A stretch of 61,325 nucleotides of DNA, the filler included. It is 4 parts of 4 records of this genome, joined end to end, with 100 filler letters (N's around TTAATTAATTAA, not from the genome) between each part and the next. Parts side by side here need not be neighbours in the genome. Positions count along the whole stretch, not along the records: positions 43,467 to 55,373 come from SRR31156797_10976; positions 55,474 to 61,325 come from SRR31156797_11002; 2 more parts are not named here. One strand, given 5' to 3'. The notes under the pieces are model-generated. The model was given only the letters and a program-made list of their open reading frames with translations. It was not told the DNA's origin and did no database searches. Positions 52,001 through 61,325 of the stretch are shown in pieces; positions within the stretch are counted from its first letter, which is position 1; each line of letters starts with the position of its first letter. A program made the translations under genes and the position numbers.

Positions 52001-52150
52001 CCCAAGCTTAAGGCTCTCCTTTCCAGTGGATACAGCGTCAATGGTCAAGCGACTGAGATACTGAATCGAGGTTGCAACGGATTTATTCAGAAGCCCTTCA
52101 AGATGAAAGAGTTGTCACAAAAATTGAGGGAGATTTTGGACGGGAAATAA
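49049..52150 (+). CDS. Cytoplasmic hybrid kinase PocR-PAS-GAF-PAS-HisKA-HATPase-REC
   Basis: PocR C..FHR...C...C.NGL.D...PI; PAS segments; GIAHDFNN, NASQAM, GTGLGL; receiver LDMIMP. Confidence 0.9.
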   Translation: MAGKPICEKFEERAEAIGKEAVECKRAEKAPTIKEEPDLSNMEMENPYLVDGKYCIKDLVDIENLRKTLENFSRATGFTTGFIEYPSQEILIATGWRDICTKFHRAVPGSAKHCRESNIFLTNRLKKQKELNIKPCGNGLVDGATPIVIKGKYIAYLATGQVLFEKPDIERFKNHAEMYGYDLDAYLEALDKVPVVSQDQFKNTLSFLSELAVTIAETGFKNLELKEKTKELGEEIACRKLAEKTLQETLDSYEKIFFESPIGISIYGASGQCISANDSFGELVGASRESVLKQNYNNLESWKKSGLFHKAELALREHSKKRHEMHVRSTSGKYVSLDCHLIPFSSGGQPQLLLMTSDIRERLQAEEALRQSEKRLEKINECFLRFGTDANKNINYLTALCGELLGATCSLYNRLDGDMLCSWGQWNIPIDYNPVDTPDGHICYDVIKSAGDETLVITNLPDTPYAGTDPNVIPYKLKTYLGRSVKLRDDYVGSLCVVYQDDIVPDEADKRVMEIIASAIGVEEERKRVEAVLRDSEEKYRTVLEGNPDPVVVYDMEGKVLYFNPAFTHVFGWTLEEFLGKKLDVFVPEDAWPKTKVMIEKVLEGERFSNVETRRYTKNGEIVPVSISGATYRDRDGNPLGNVINLRDISEQKQLESQLRQAQRMESMGILSGGIAHDFNNVLMGIQGRTSIMLMNKDSSHTDFEHLKGIEDYVENAAGLTKQLLGFARGGKYEVKPTDLNELINKQNRMFGRTKRELTIHKKYEKDLWSVEVDLGQIEQVLLNLYVNASQAMPAGGDLHIRTQNVTLDENDSEPHQVEPGKYVKISITDTGVGMDKATLERIFEPFFTTKVMGRGTGLGLASTYGIIKNHGGFINVYSEKGHGSTFHLYLPASPKEVIGEKNPRADTLRGSETVLFVDDEDMIIEIAEELLDALGYKVLIARSGKKAIEMYEDNRQRIDMVILDMIMPDMSGGETYDRMKEMNPKLKALLSSGYSVNGQATEILNRGCNGFIQKPFKMKELSQKLREILDGK

Positions 52151-52187
52151 GATATGAAAGGTTAACAAGAATCTTCATGAACCGGAG

Positions 52188-53132
52188 ATGATTACCATGA
52201 AAAAAATGCCAATATATCTATGGCTCCTCTTATGTTTTGCCCTTTTGTGCACCGTTTCCTGCGGTCTTTTCGTTGAAAATTTACCCAATGGGAAAGTCCC
52301 TCAACCGGATATCCACGATCATTTTGTGGCCATCAATGGTGTCAAATACCACTACACCGAATACCCGGCTTTGGGAGAGGATATTTTTTTGCTCCATGGC
52401 TTTGCATCCTCCACCTACACCTGGGAGAAAGTCGCCTTACTGCTTCAGGCGAAGGGGTATCATGTGTGGGCATTGGATATGAAAGGTTTCGGGTGGTCCG
52501 ATAAACCTCGAAATGCCGACTATTCACCAGAGCAGTTGATGGCGGAAGTAAACGCCTGGATGGATAAAATGGGACTTCGAAAGGTCGTGTTTGTGGGAAA
52601 TTCACTGGGCGGGGCCATCGCCTGGAACATGGCTTTGGTGCATCCCGATAAAGTGAAAAAACTGGTGCTGATTGATGCCGCAGGTTTTATGCGCGACACG
52701 CCCATCCCGGTACGCCTTGCGGGTCTTCCCGGAGCAGGGGCCGTTGCACGGCTTTTTTTCGGTCGTTGGGTGATTGAGGATACATTCAATCAAGTCTATT
52801 TTGATCCCACCGCTATTACGGAGGATCAAGTTGATGCGTATTATGACCGCATGCGAACCGAGAATGCGCTGGGTGCCTTGACGGCAGTCGGGCGTTCCGT
52901 CTCCACGCTTTCCGCCGAAGAATATGCCTTGCGTATCCCTGAAATTCAAGTGGATACCTTGATCATCTGGGGAAGGGATGACGCCTGGATTCCGTTGAAA
53001 GATGGCTTTAAATTCAAAGAAGCCCTGCCAAATGCAACGCTGGAAGTCATACCCTTCTGTGGTCATGTCCCCCAGGAAGAAAAACCGGAAGAAACCGCAC
53101 GCCTGATCGCGGAATTTCTTTCTGAAAGGTAA
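52188..53132 (+). CDS. Alpha/beta hydrolase, probably a lipoprotein
   Basis: LHGF, GNSLG nucleophile, WG..D, GHVPQEE; lipobox-like TVSC. Confidence 0.9.
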   Translation: MITMKKMPIYLWLLLCFALLCTVSCGLFVENLPNGKVPQPDIHDHFVAINGVKYHYTEYPALGEDIFLLHGFASSTYTWEKVALLLQAKGYHVWALDMKGFGWSDKPRNADYSPEQLMAEVNAWMDKMGLRKVVFVGNSLGGAIAWNMALVHPDKVKKLVLIDAAGFMRDTPIPVRLAGLPGAGAVARLFFGRWVIEDTFNQVYFDPTAITEDQVDAYYDRMRTENALGALTAVGRSVSTLSAEEYALRIPEIQVDTLIIWGRDDAWIPLKDGFKFKEALPNATLEVIPFCGHVPQEEKPEETARLIAEFLSER

Positions 53133-53152
53133 GAGCAGACTAAATTGAGATT

Positions 53153-53187
53153 TTCCGCATTTTCAATTCGGAATTGAAAATGCGGAA
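53153..53187. terminator. Perfect 17-bp inverted repeat between convergent genes
   Basis: TTCCGCATTTTCAATTC-G-GAATTGAAAATGCGGAA followed by a T-tract. Confidence 0.75.
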
Positions 53188-53199
53188 TTTTTTTCCAGG

Positions 53200-55083
53200 C
53201 TACACGTCCACAGAGGCCAGTCCCAACGCTTTCCGTTTTCCTTCAATGTGTCTGCGAATGAGTACGGCTGCTTTTTCCGGATCCGGTTCCACGGCGAATG
53301 TGGCGCCGACAATATCGTTTAAGCCTTCCGTTAGAAGTTTCACCACATTCATGCTGCCGGCGATGGGCGGCATGGGTCCCAGGACCGTGGTGACACCCGA
53401 GGCCACAAAATAGGTGCCGATGGTAACGGCTTTTTCAGAATACCATTCAGGGGCGGCACCGGCAATGGGGAGATCGCTGATATCCACATTGAGGGCATTG
53501 GCCATGGCGGAAACAAGTACCAGAATGCGCACATTGTCCACACAGCTCCCCAGATGAAGGACCGGCGGTAGCCCTAGGGAACCGCATACCTCTTTGAGAC
53601 CGGCACCCGCCATCTCAATGGCTTCCGGCACCTTGAATCCGGCTTTGGCATTGGCCACGGAGACACACCCCGTGTCCACCACCAGCACGTCATTTTCAAT
53701 GAGCCGTTGGGTCAGGGTTACATGCCCGTAGTCATGTTTTATTTTGGGATTGTTGCATCCGACGATCCCGACGGCCCCGCGAATCTTACCGGCCTTGATG
53801 GCGTCGAGTAAAGGGTCCGGGGTTCCACCCAGAGCCGCCAGAATCGTTTCTATGGAAAATCCACCCACCGCATGGACAGGTTCCACCGGGATGAAGGTCC
53901 GGCCTCGCCCGGTAAAATTTTCAATCGCCTCTTTCACCAGCGCCATGGCCATCTGTTCCGCGGTTTCCGGATGAAATTCCCGGTGCTCCATTCCCGGGAA
54001 TCGGGCCTTGTCGCTGGTGCTGATCATTTTCGTATGGTAGCAGGCGGCTACATTGCCTAAAGACGGCATGATACACTGGTAGTCCACCAGCATCATCTCC
54101 ACGGCCCCTGTGCTGAGAACCAGTTCCGTCATCAGGTGATTGCCGGCCATGGGGACCCCATGGCGCATGAGGAGTTCATTGCCGGTACAGCAGACGCCCG
54201 CAAGATTAATCCCGCCGGCCCCTTTTTTCTCTGCCAACGCCAGGAGTTCCGGGGATTCGCAGGCCCTCAGGATCATTTCGGAGACCACCGGGTTGTGGCC
54301 ATGGACGATGATGTTGACCTGGTCCTCCTTGAGAACCCCCACATTCACCGTGGTCGGTTTGGGGGTGGGTATGCCGAAAAGGATGTCCGATACCTCGGTG
54401 GCGATCATGGATCCGCCCCAGCCGTCTGAGAGGGAATTTCGTAGCGCCTGCAGCAGCAGGCTCTGCCAGTCATTGTCGACGCCCATGTGGGTCCGGTGCA
54501 TCATTTCAGATGTTTCACGATCGATTCCCCGTGGCGTGACGCCGATTTTTTGCCAGAGTTCACGGCGCTTTTGAGGGGCTCTGGCCAGCAGGTTGATCCG
54601 CTTTTGACGCATGCCGTAGTCTTCCATCATGGCTTGCGCCAGTTCGCCCGCCAGGGGAAGCGGGTCTTTGTCTTCCGTTTCAATGCCGTATTCCGCCGCC
54701 ACCGTTTTGAGTTTGCCCACGTCTCGAATCTGGTAGCCGGGCGCCGTGCCTTCCGAGACACCGAGCAGAACTTCCACCAGGTCCCGGCCGTGGTCTGAAT
54801 GGGAAGAGGCCCCGGCCGCCACCATGCGACACAGATTCCGGGCCACGATGATATCCGCATCGGCGCCGCAAACACCCCTCTGGGGTCCTTCCCCGAAGGG
54901 ATCCACCCGGCAAGGTCCCATGACACAGATCCGGCAGCTCAATCCCAGATCACAGTACCCGCATTGGGGCTGTTGGGCCTGATGCCTTTGCCATACGGTT
55001 TCCACCTGATCTTTTTCCGCTTTTAGAAGAAGCAGCCGTCCGTCTTGCGTAATGGTGAGATCTTCAAATTTTTTATCCATCAT
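53200..55083 (-). CDS. cooS: Anaerobic Ni,Fe carbon monoxide dehydrogenase catalytic subunit
   Basis: B-cluster CRICVMGPC...C; HSDH; C-cluster ligands HGHNP, CCTGNE, DYQC, GCNN, TGC, GSCVD; SEKA lysine. Confidence 0.96.
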   Translation of the reverse strand: MMDKKFEDLTITQDGRLLLLKAEKDQVETVWQRHQAQQPQCGYCDLGLSCRICVMGPCRVDPFGEGPQRGVCGADADIIVARNLCRMVAAGASSHSDHGRDLVEVLLGVSEGTAPGYQIRDVGKLKTVAAEYGIETEDKDPLPLAGELAQAMMEDYGMRQKRINLLARAPQKRRELWQKIGVTPRGIDRETSEMMHRTHMGVDNDWQSLLLQALRNSLSDGWGGSMIATEVSDILFGIPTPKPTTVNVGVLKEDQVNIIVHGHNPVVSEMILRACESPELLALAEKKGAGGINLAGVCCTGNELLMRHGVPMAGNHLMTELVLSTGAVEMMLVDYQCIMPSLGNVAACYHTKMISTSDKARFPGMEHREFHPETAEQMAMALVKEAIENFTGRGRTFIPVEPVHAVGGFSIETILAALGGTPDPLLDAIKAGKIRGAVGIVGCNNPKIKHDYGHVTLTQRLIENDVLVVDTGCVSVANAKAGFKVPEAIEMAGAGLKEVCGSLGLPPVLHLGSCVDNVRILVLVSAMANALNVDISDLPIAGAAPEWYSEKAVTIGTYFVASGVTTVLGPMPPIAGSMNVVKLLTEGLNDIVGATFAVEPDPEKAAVLIRRHIEGKRKALGLASVDV

Positions 55084-55110
55084 TCTCTCCTTATTAATGA
55101 AAGCGCAACA

Positions 55111-55373
55111 TCACAGAGACAGTTGTGCCCTTTTTGCAGCGGTTAACAGGGAAAAGGTCGGGGACGAGGATATCTCTTCAGCCCCCCGGGATACGGACCT
55201 GGCTACTTCGTCGGTTTTTCGTTTCAAGGCATCGGTGCTTTCTTCAAAGGTCAGGGCACCGGATTTACACACTTCAACACAGGCCGGAACAAGACCTTCC
55301 GCCTGCCGTTGGTCACAGTTGTCGCATTTGACGGCAACGGTTTTGTCCGGTGGGGCCGTAGCGTCTTCATGAA
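55111..55373 (-). CDS. cooF: C-terminus of a CooF-like 4Fe-4S protein (5' truncated)
   Basis: Manual translation ...AVKCDNC...PACVEVCKSGAL...; lies immediately upstream of cooS. Confidence 0.75.
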
Positions 55374-55473
55374 NNNNNNNNNNNNNNNNNNNNNNNNNNN
55401 NNNNNNNNNNNNNNNNNTTAATTAATTAANNNNNNNNNNNNNNNNNNNNNNNNNNNNNNNNNNNNNNNNNNNN
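55374..55473. other. Artificial contig spacer
   Basis: N44-TTAATTAATTAA-N44. Confidence 0.99.
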
Positions 55474-55531
55474 TACCAATAAGAAACTAAAACTTATATA
55501 ATAAATCTAATACACCTAAATTCTAATAATA

Positions 55532-57322
55532 CTAGAATTTAAACCTATTTACACTTTCCGTAACTTCACTGGAATTTTCCGACAATTTCTCTGACACCTG
55601 AACTAATTCATTTATTGAGTTAGTCATCTCTAACATAGCATGGTCTATCTCCTCTATATTCATCGAGATATTATGAAATGAAAACTTTATCTCTTCCGAA
55701 CTTTCGTTTAGTATATTCAGTTCAGAGTTTTGAGCTTGAGTTTCACCATAAACTCCGTTAAGTGAGGAGATTACATTTTGCAGTACTCCCATTATTTTTT
55801 CAAATATATTCTGTATCCCGTCTACAGCATAAACCATATCAGACATCTTTTCTCTGCTTCTATTTGAATTAGCGACTGTTATATCGATTTTTTCGGAAAT
55901 AGCAGTTATTTTACCCTCTATCTCTTCCGCTGTATCTTTTGAATTCCCTGCTAATTTCCTAATCTCCTCCGCTACTACTGCAAATCCTTTACCGGCTTCA
56001 CCAGCTCTAGCTGCTTCTATTGCTGCATTTAGAGCAAGCAGATTCGTTTGTTCAGTTATTCCGTATATTTTATTGATAAACTCTTTTATTTCGCCTGACA
56101 TATCTTTCAGGCTTTCAACCTCAGTTATATTGTACTCTATCTCTTTTCCCACTACACCTATTTTTTCTACTGCTTCACCTATTGTTTTTTGCTCTTTGAT
56201 TGCTTCTTCCAGCATATTTTCATTCTCTTCTTTTATTCCTTTGAAGTTATCAAGCATACTTTCAGATCCAACTGAGATATTTTTTGTTTTATCAGACATG
56301 CTATCCAGTTTATTTAGAGATATTCCGATACTCTCTGTAATTTGAGTTAAACTAGCTGATATCTCTTCCGAAGCCGAACTATTTCCGAGAATAGTTTCAG
56401 CTATATGATCAGCTTCAGATTTCGTTGCTTTTGATACACGGGATACTTCCATTATAGTTTGTTTAAAAGAATCACTTATTTTTTCAAAGAGATTATTAGT
56501 TAATTTAAGCTCATAAATTTTTACTCTTTTTTTTGATTTTTCTATATTAAGATTCAGATCAGCTAATCTGTTTGTTTTCTCCGTCATGTTATCTATTATT
56601 TTTTTAGTAGTATTTATTAATTTAGCTCCCAGAATAATTCCAATGATTATCATAATTGCCAATATTACTGTATTTGTTGTTTCAGCTGACTTGATATTCT
56701 CTTTCGCTGTTTCAGTTATAGTGATTACTTCACCTATGGAAAATTCATTATTTACTTGTAAATTTTCAACTATCGGCTTCAAAATAGTCAGGAAATTCTC
56801 ATATTCCAGTAATAATTCTCTATCTAAAGTTGTAAAAATCTCTGCTTCTAAATCTTCATATTCTTTTTGATTGGAAATATCAACAGTTCCTGATTTTATC
56901 TCCTCAATATATCTTGATTCAAATTCAAACTTTCTTTTTTTCAGCTCTGATAACTTAGCTACATGATTTTCTATATTTTTTATTTTTCCTTTTATTGCTG
57001 ATCCCTCTGCTAATTCTCCTGCTATGTTATCAGCTTTTGAAAGAGCAGTTTGGATTTTATTTTCATAAAAATTCATTAAATCTGCATTATTAGCCAGATT
57101 CATTAAAAAAAGATTTTTAAAAAATTCAACTGACATATGTGATTGCAGTATTTCGCTTTTTAATAATTCCGAGTTGTTTGTTTCTACATCATTTACCTGA
57201 GTATTGATCTCAGTCATCTGCATTCCCAGTTCACTATATGAAGTCTTTAAAAACACAAATAATATTCCCATTGATAAAAATATTACCGCAAACCCAAGCA
57301 GTAATCTATTTGCTAATTTCAT
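55532..57322 (-). CDS. Methyl-accepting chemotaxis protein
   Basis: Two TM segments around a helical sensor; [34 protein letters not shown]. Confidence 0.93.
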   Translation of the reverse strand: MKLANRLLLGFAVIFLSMGILFVFLKTSYSELGMQMTEINTQVNDVETNNSELLKSEILQSHMSVEFFKNLFLMNLANNADLMNFYENKIQTALSKADNIAGELAEGSAIKGKIKNIENHVAKLSELKKRKFEFESRYIEEIKSGTVDISNQKEYEDLEAEIFTTLDRELLLEYENFLTILKPIVENLQVNNEFSIGEVITITETAKENIKSAETTNTVILAIMIIIGIILGAKLINTTKKIIDNMTEKTNRLADLNLNIEKSKKRVKIYELKLTNNLFEKISDSFKQTIMEVSRVSKATKSEADHIAETILGNSSASEEISASLTQITESIGISLNKLDSMSDKTKNISVGSESMLDNFKGIKEENENMLEEAIKEQKTIGEAVEKIGVVGKEIEYNITEVESLKDMSGEIKEFINKIYGITEQTNLLALNAAIEAARAGEAGKGFAVVAEEIRKLAGNSKDTAEEIEGKITAISEKIDITVANSNRSREKMSDMVYAVDGIQNIFEKIMGVLQNVISSLNGVYGETQAQNSELNILNESSEEIKFSFHNISMNIEEIDHAMLEMTNSINELVQVSEKLSENSSEVTESVNRFKF

Positions 57323-57405
57323 ATTTTCTCACTCTCTTTTATAATATTTTGCATAAAAACGCCTCTTCAACATTGTCAAAGAAGCGCCAAATTTGTGCTA
57401 TTCAC

Positions 57406-57615
57406 TTACATCCATTCATCTTCGCCATCAACTTTTTCCAAGTTCTCTTCCATAACTTCTCTGTCATGAATTTTTTCAAGTTGATGATCTTTTTTAATGA
57501 TATTTTTTTTCAAAACTTCATAGATAAATTTTTCTTTTGAAATCTCTAATTCACTTGCAATTTTTTGAAGTTCCTCGTATAACTCATCTTCCAGTTCAAT
57601 ATTCAGCATCTTCAT
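57406..57615 (-). CDS. Small ribbon-helix-helix/CopG-like protein
   Basis: LNIELEDELYEELQKIA...ISKEKFI pattern; SD GGAGG. Confidence 0.6.
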   Translation of the reverse strand: MKMLNIELEDELYEELQKIASELEISKEKFIYEVLKKNIIKKDHQLEKIHDREVMEENLEKVDGEDEWM

Positions 57616-57751
57616 TCAAACTACCTCCTATTTTTTTATATAAATTCTAGAAAACTTAACGAATAATAAAATTTCTTAATAATACTCATGAATTCTAGAA
57701 ATCTAAACTATTCAACTTACAAATTATTTTTGTTAATAAACATGTTTATGA

Positions 57752-57787
57752 ATAAAGCCTTCTCTCTAATTAGAAAGAAGACTTTAT
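57752..57787 (-). terminator. Probable terminator after tctA
   Basis: ATAAAG.CTTCT...AGAAG.CTTTAT imperfect hairpin. Confidence 0.5.
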
Positions 57788-57823
57788 CAGTAGTTTATTT
57801 AAACTCAGTTAAATTTTAATTAA

Positions 57824-59326
57824 TTAAGCTGTTTTTAATTGTTTTTTAGCTAAAGTATCTTTAATAATCGGATAAGCAATAGAGATTATTGTTAACGCGA
57901 TTAAAGCTATTGATAATGGAGATTTAGCGAATATTTTCATACTTCCATTAGAGATAATAAGGGCTTTTCTAAATGACTGCTCCATAGTGTTTCCTACGAT
58001 AACTCCTAGAATCATTGGTGCTGTAGGGATTTTAGCTTTTGACATGAATAATCCCATAATTCCGAAGATTACTAATAAGTAGAAATCAATAACAGAGTTA
58101 CCAATTGCATAAGTTCCAATGAATGCTAATCCAAGAACGATTGGATATAGTACTCTTGCAGGAATAGCAAGTACTCTAACTAATACTCCCGCTAATGGAA
58201 TATTTACGATAGCAAGTACGATATTACCGATGAACATTGATGCAATAAGTCCCCAAGCGATATCCGGATGCTGAGTAAATAACATTGGACCAGGTTGTAA
58301 TCCAAGCATTAATAAAGCTCCCATCATTACCGCAGTAGTTCCAGATCCAGGAATTCCCAGTGTTAACATTGGAATAAGCGCTCCTACTGATGCCGCATTG
58401 TTTGCTGCTTCAGGTGCTGCTAATCCTACTATTTCACCTTCACCAAAATCTTCAGGATTCTTAGACATTTGCTTCTCATTGTTATATGCCATTAATGATG
58501 CCATTGTTCCACCAGCTCCAGGAAGAGCTCCGATGATAAATCCAAGTGGAGTACTTCTTAAGATAGGCATAAGACATCTGTTCCAGTCATCTTTCGTAAA
58601 CCAAATCTTACCAAACTTCTTCTGCATCTCTTTCTTACCTGAGTTAATAGATCTGAAACTCTTAAATACTTCTCCAAGAGCGTAGATACCAATAATAACG
58701 ATTAAGAAATCAATTCCTTGTTGCAGTTCCATTACACCAAATGTAAATCTATCAACACCTGCCTGTGCATCCATTCCAACTGTTGCTATACCTAAACCTA
58801 CAAACATTGAAATAAATCCACCAAGCATGTTATTCTTAGACATTGATGCTGTCATCGAAAGCGCCATAACCATTAATAAGAAATATTCAGCAGGTCCGAA
58901 TTTCAATGCGAACATTGATACCGGCGTTGCGATAAATGTCATTAGTACAGCTGCGATTGTACCTCCAATTAAGGACGCTACCGCTGACATGGCCAGGGCG
59001 GCCTCAGCTCTTCCCTTCTTCGCCATCGGATATCCATCAAATGTTGCTGCCAGTGCAGCTCCATCCCCCGGAGTATTGATAAGTATCGACGATCTCGATC
59101 CTCCGAACATCGCTCCATAATAAATTCCACACATTGTAATAAGTGCTGCCTGTGGTCCCATCGAGAATGTCAGCGGTAGTAGCACTGCTACTCCGGTTGC
59201 AGGTCCCAGACCTGGTAACATTCCAACTATTGTTCCTAGAGTTCCACCAAGTGTAACCCAGAATATATTCATCGGTGTTGCTGCTACAGCAAAACCGTGC
59301 ATCAAATTTGCAAAAACTTCACCCAT
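57824..59326 (-). CDS. tctA: Tripartite tricarboxylate transporter large subunit
   Basis: GMLPGLG, YYGAMFGGS, NTPG, APEAANNA, LTLGIPGS. Confidence 0.94.
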   Translation of the reverse strand: MGEVFANLMHGFAVAATPMNIFWVTLGGTLGTIVGMLPGLGPATGVAVLLPLTFSMGPQAALITMCGIYYGAMFGGSRSSILINTPGDGAALAATFDGYPMAKKGRAEAALAMSAVASLIGGTIAAVLMTFIATPVSMFALKFGPAEYFLLMVMALSMTASMSKNNMLGGFISMFVGLGIATVGMDAQAGVDRFTFGVMELQQGIDFLIVIIGIYALGEVFKSFRSINSGKKEMQKKFGKIWFTKDDWNRCLMPILRSTPLGFIIGALPGAGGTMASLMAYNNEKQMSKNPEDFGEGEIVGLAAPEAANNAASVGALIPMLTLGIPGSGTTAVMMGALLMLGLQPGPMLFTQHPDIAWGLIASMFIGNIVLAIVNIPLAGVLVRVLAIPARVLYPIVLGLAFIGTYAIGNSVIDFYLLVIFGIMGLFMSKAKIPTAPMILGVIVGNTMEQSFRKALIISNGSMKIFAKSPLSIALIALTIISIAYPIIKDTLAKKQLKTA

Positions 59327-59357
59327 TTTAAACGTTCACCTCCATAATTTTTTATAA

Positions 59358-59870
59358 TTAAATTTCTAAAATTGGCATCATTGGTAACGGTATAGCTAGT
59401 ACATAGAAGAATAAAACATAAACTGTAACACTAAATACTACTGCTACTGATAAATTTAACTTCCAGTCTTTTTTTCCATTAATAGCAAACATAATTACAG
59501 CAATAAATAAACTTGTTGAAATTACATATCCTAAGTGTTCAAAGAAAAGCGCATAACCTAATCCTGCAACACTTGTTAAAATTATAAGTTTATTTGTTTT
59601 CTTATCAAGTTCTGCTGTTTTTGGATCAACCTCTTTAATTCCCTCTTTTTTAACTTGCTCCTTATAAGCTCCACTTTCTTTCATGAAGTAAAATATTCCC
59701 ATTAATACAAGACCTATCCCTAAACCCATTGGAAATATCTTTGGTGCCATTGGATTTCCAATTGCAGCTTTTGGCATTGCCATTGCAATCGCACCATAAA
59801 TTGCACCTAATGCAACTACACCTATACCAGCTTTCATTTTGATATTCACTACTTTCACCTCTTCTTTCAT
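59358..59870 (-). CDS. tctB: Tripartite tricarboxylate transporter small subunit
   Basis: Four to five TM segments, P..FP, LGY..ST, F..L.IPLP; directly upstream of tctA. Confidence 0.88.
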   Translation of the reverse strand: MKEEVKVVNIKMKAGIGVVALGAIYGAIAMAMPKAAIGNPMAPKIFPMGLGIGLVLMGIFYFMKESGAYKEQVKKEGIKEVDPKTAELDKKTNKLIILTSVAGLGYALFFEHLGYVISTSLFIAVIMFAINGKKDWKLNLSVAVVFSVTVYVLFFYVLAIPLPMMPILEI

Positions 59871-60277
59871 TTTTTTATTAACATTTCTGTAAGAGTTATA
59901 GTTTATTGCAAAATATTAAGTTTGCTTCTCAAACATAAATAACTCTTTTTTTACATTTTGTATTCTAATATTAAAGGATAAATCTTAAAATATTTCATTT
60001 CAGATTTTAAATTTTTTTAAGAAATAAAAAAAAGAGCTTTGCATAATAGCTCAAATTACTAAAATAATTTTATACAAAGTCTAAAAAAACGATACTCACT
60101 TATAATTAAATAACAAATTAATAGACAGTTTTATGTCTTTTGAGTAAAATTTATTTGATTTTTCATGAAAAAATATTCTTTAGCAAAAGTCTGGAAAAGT
60201 TGTGTTTTGTGTTCAGTTGGCTATTGTTTTGCATGTTATTCTTTATAAATCCTATATTATATAATTACGTGCATAAA

Positions 60278-60315
60278 AAAAATAAGGCTTACAAATTTGA
60301 GTAAGCCTTATTTTT
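60278..60315 (-). terminator. Intrinsic terminator after the LysM gene
   Basis: AAAAATAAGGCTTAC-N8-GTAAGCCTTATTTTT. Confidence 0.85.
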
Positions 60316-60324
60316 ATAGTTTTT

Positions 60325-61152
60325 TTATGGTTTAAATGTTCTTAATTCCTCGCCATTTCTAATATCTAAATGAACCCAACTTACTTCTGTTTCTAAGTTA
60401 ATTGATTTTGAAACTAAAATTCCCTCTTTATACCAATTGATTATTTTTCTTCTAGCCTGTGCTCCACTTAAACCTTCCACATCAAAATCAACCGCTCTCC
60501 CAAATGAATGCGATGAATAAGTAGAAAAATTCGGCGATCCGGCAGTTCTAAATCCTCGCCATTGAAATTTCCCACCATTTGACCAAGTATTAATTGTAAT
60601 CTTTCTGTCAAACAGCTCTCTAAGCTGATTCATTTGATTGATTAAATCTTCATCAATAAACCAAATACTTTTTTCGCCATACTTGCTATATGTTTGCCTA
60701 TCAACAAATTCTTTTATTGAAAAAAATGCTTTATCAATTGATGTTTTTTCTTTTTTCTTAGTACTTAAATTTTTTACTTCTTTTTTTATACTTGATTTTT
60801 CTAATCTAGAAGTTACTTTTAGTTTTTGCCCTGGTCGAATTATATTATTATTTAAATTATTTAATTGAATTAACTGAAAAGGTGTTATTCCATGCTGTTT
60901 AGAAATACTTGAAATATTTTCTCCGTAAGTAACAAAATGATATCCATCACCACCAACATTTAAAACAGCGCCTTTTTTTATATTTGTTGATGATAACTGA
61001 TTTCTTGCCATCAATTGATTTATTGTTATATTATACTTTCTACTAATCACACTTAAAGTATCTCCACTTCTAACTTTATGTGTTTTAGAGAAAGATAGTG
61101 TCGCTATCAAAGCGATAAAAATTAATACAATTTTTTTCCTCAACTCTTGCAC
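60325..61152 (-). CDS. Secreted 2xLysM + M15-type Zn peptidase (cell-wall hydrolase)
   Basis: Signal peptide, two LysM repeats, C-terminal R...SSH..GRAVD...WVHLD. Confidence 0.82.
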   Translation of the reverse strand: MQELRKKIVLIFIALIATLSFSKTHKVRSGDTLSVISRKYNITINQLMARNQLSSTNIKKGAVLNVGGDGYHFVTYGENISSISKQHGITPFQLIQLNNLNNNIIRPGQKLKVTSRLEKSSIKKEVKNLSTKKKEKTSIDKAFFSIKEFVDRQTYSKYGEKSIWFIDEDLINQMNQLRELFDRKITINTWSNGGKFQWRGFRTAGSPNFSTYSSHSFGRAVDFDVEGLSGAQARRKIINWYKEGILVSKSINLETEVSWVHLDIRNGEELRTFKP

Positions 61153-61325
61153 CTCTTTATAAAATTAATTATCAACATTATAAACAATATGAAAAGTTTA
61201 TTCAATCTTTTTTTGCTCATATATAACACATTTCAACAGATATTAATTTCTCCTCTTAACTAACTTCCCTACACTTTTTACTTATTACTCATAACTCACT
61301 CCAATTATCAGTAAACACATTAATT

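Noticed and set aside
55084..55113. The cooF TGA is in frame with cooS (possible Sec read-through)
   Set aside because: cooS has its own SD (AAGGAG), the TGA is outside any Cys motif and no SECIS-like hairpin is evident
57816..57827. TTAATTAATTAA identical to the spacer core
   Set aside because: No flanking Ns; it overlaps the natural tctA stop in AT-rich DNA
1..61325. CRISPR arrays, rRNA, transposases, integrases or prophage genes
   Set aside because: No regularly spaced repeats or diagnostic protein motifs were found

Overview
The window is four unrelated contigs joined by 100-bp artificial spacers (N44-TTAATTAATTAA-N44 at 28022-28121, 43367-43466, 55374-55473), so no gene neighbourhood crosses a spacer. 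Contig A (1-28021, Desulfobacterota-like anaerobe): two-component/sigma54 cluster; thyA-like-rlmN-atpZ/I/B/E-rex with a Rex box; MATE; oxidative-stress genes (CMD, rubrerythrin, Tpx); a 1570-aa unknown protein; a Liv-type ABC operon carrying a degenerate acyl-CoA ligase, divergent from a FadR/YsiA-type TetR-etfBA unit; partial tRNA. Contig B (28122-43366, Bacteroidota-like): giant Ig/PKD-repeat surface protein (truncated), DUF493-fluc-DUF190-hypothetical-acylphosphatase, alpha-2-macroglobulin. Contig C (43467-55373, Desulfobacterota-like): CheD-HDOD fusion, DUF4105, two gene remnants, fluc plus a DUF190-4xCBS fusion, PocR hybrid kinase, alpha/beta hydrolase, cooS and partial cooF. Contig D (55474-61325, very AT-rich): MCP, RHH protein, tctAB, LysM-M15 peptidase. 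The most interesting leads are the Fluc/DUF190(-CBS) module, the 1570-aa tandem HD-like protein and the pseudo-ligase transporter/FadR locus. Taxonomy and family calls come from motif recognition by eye, not database searches.
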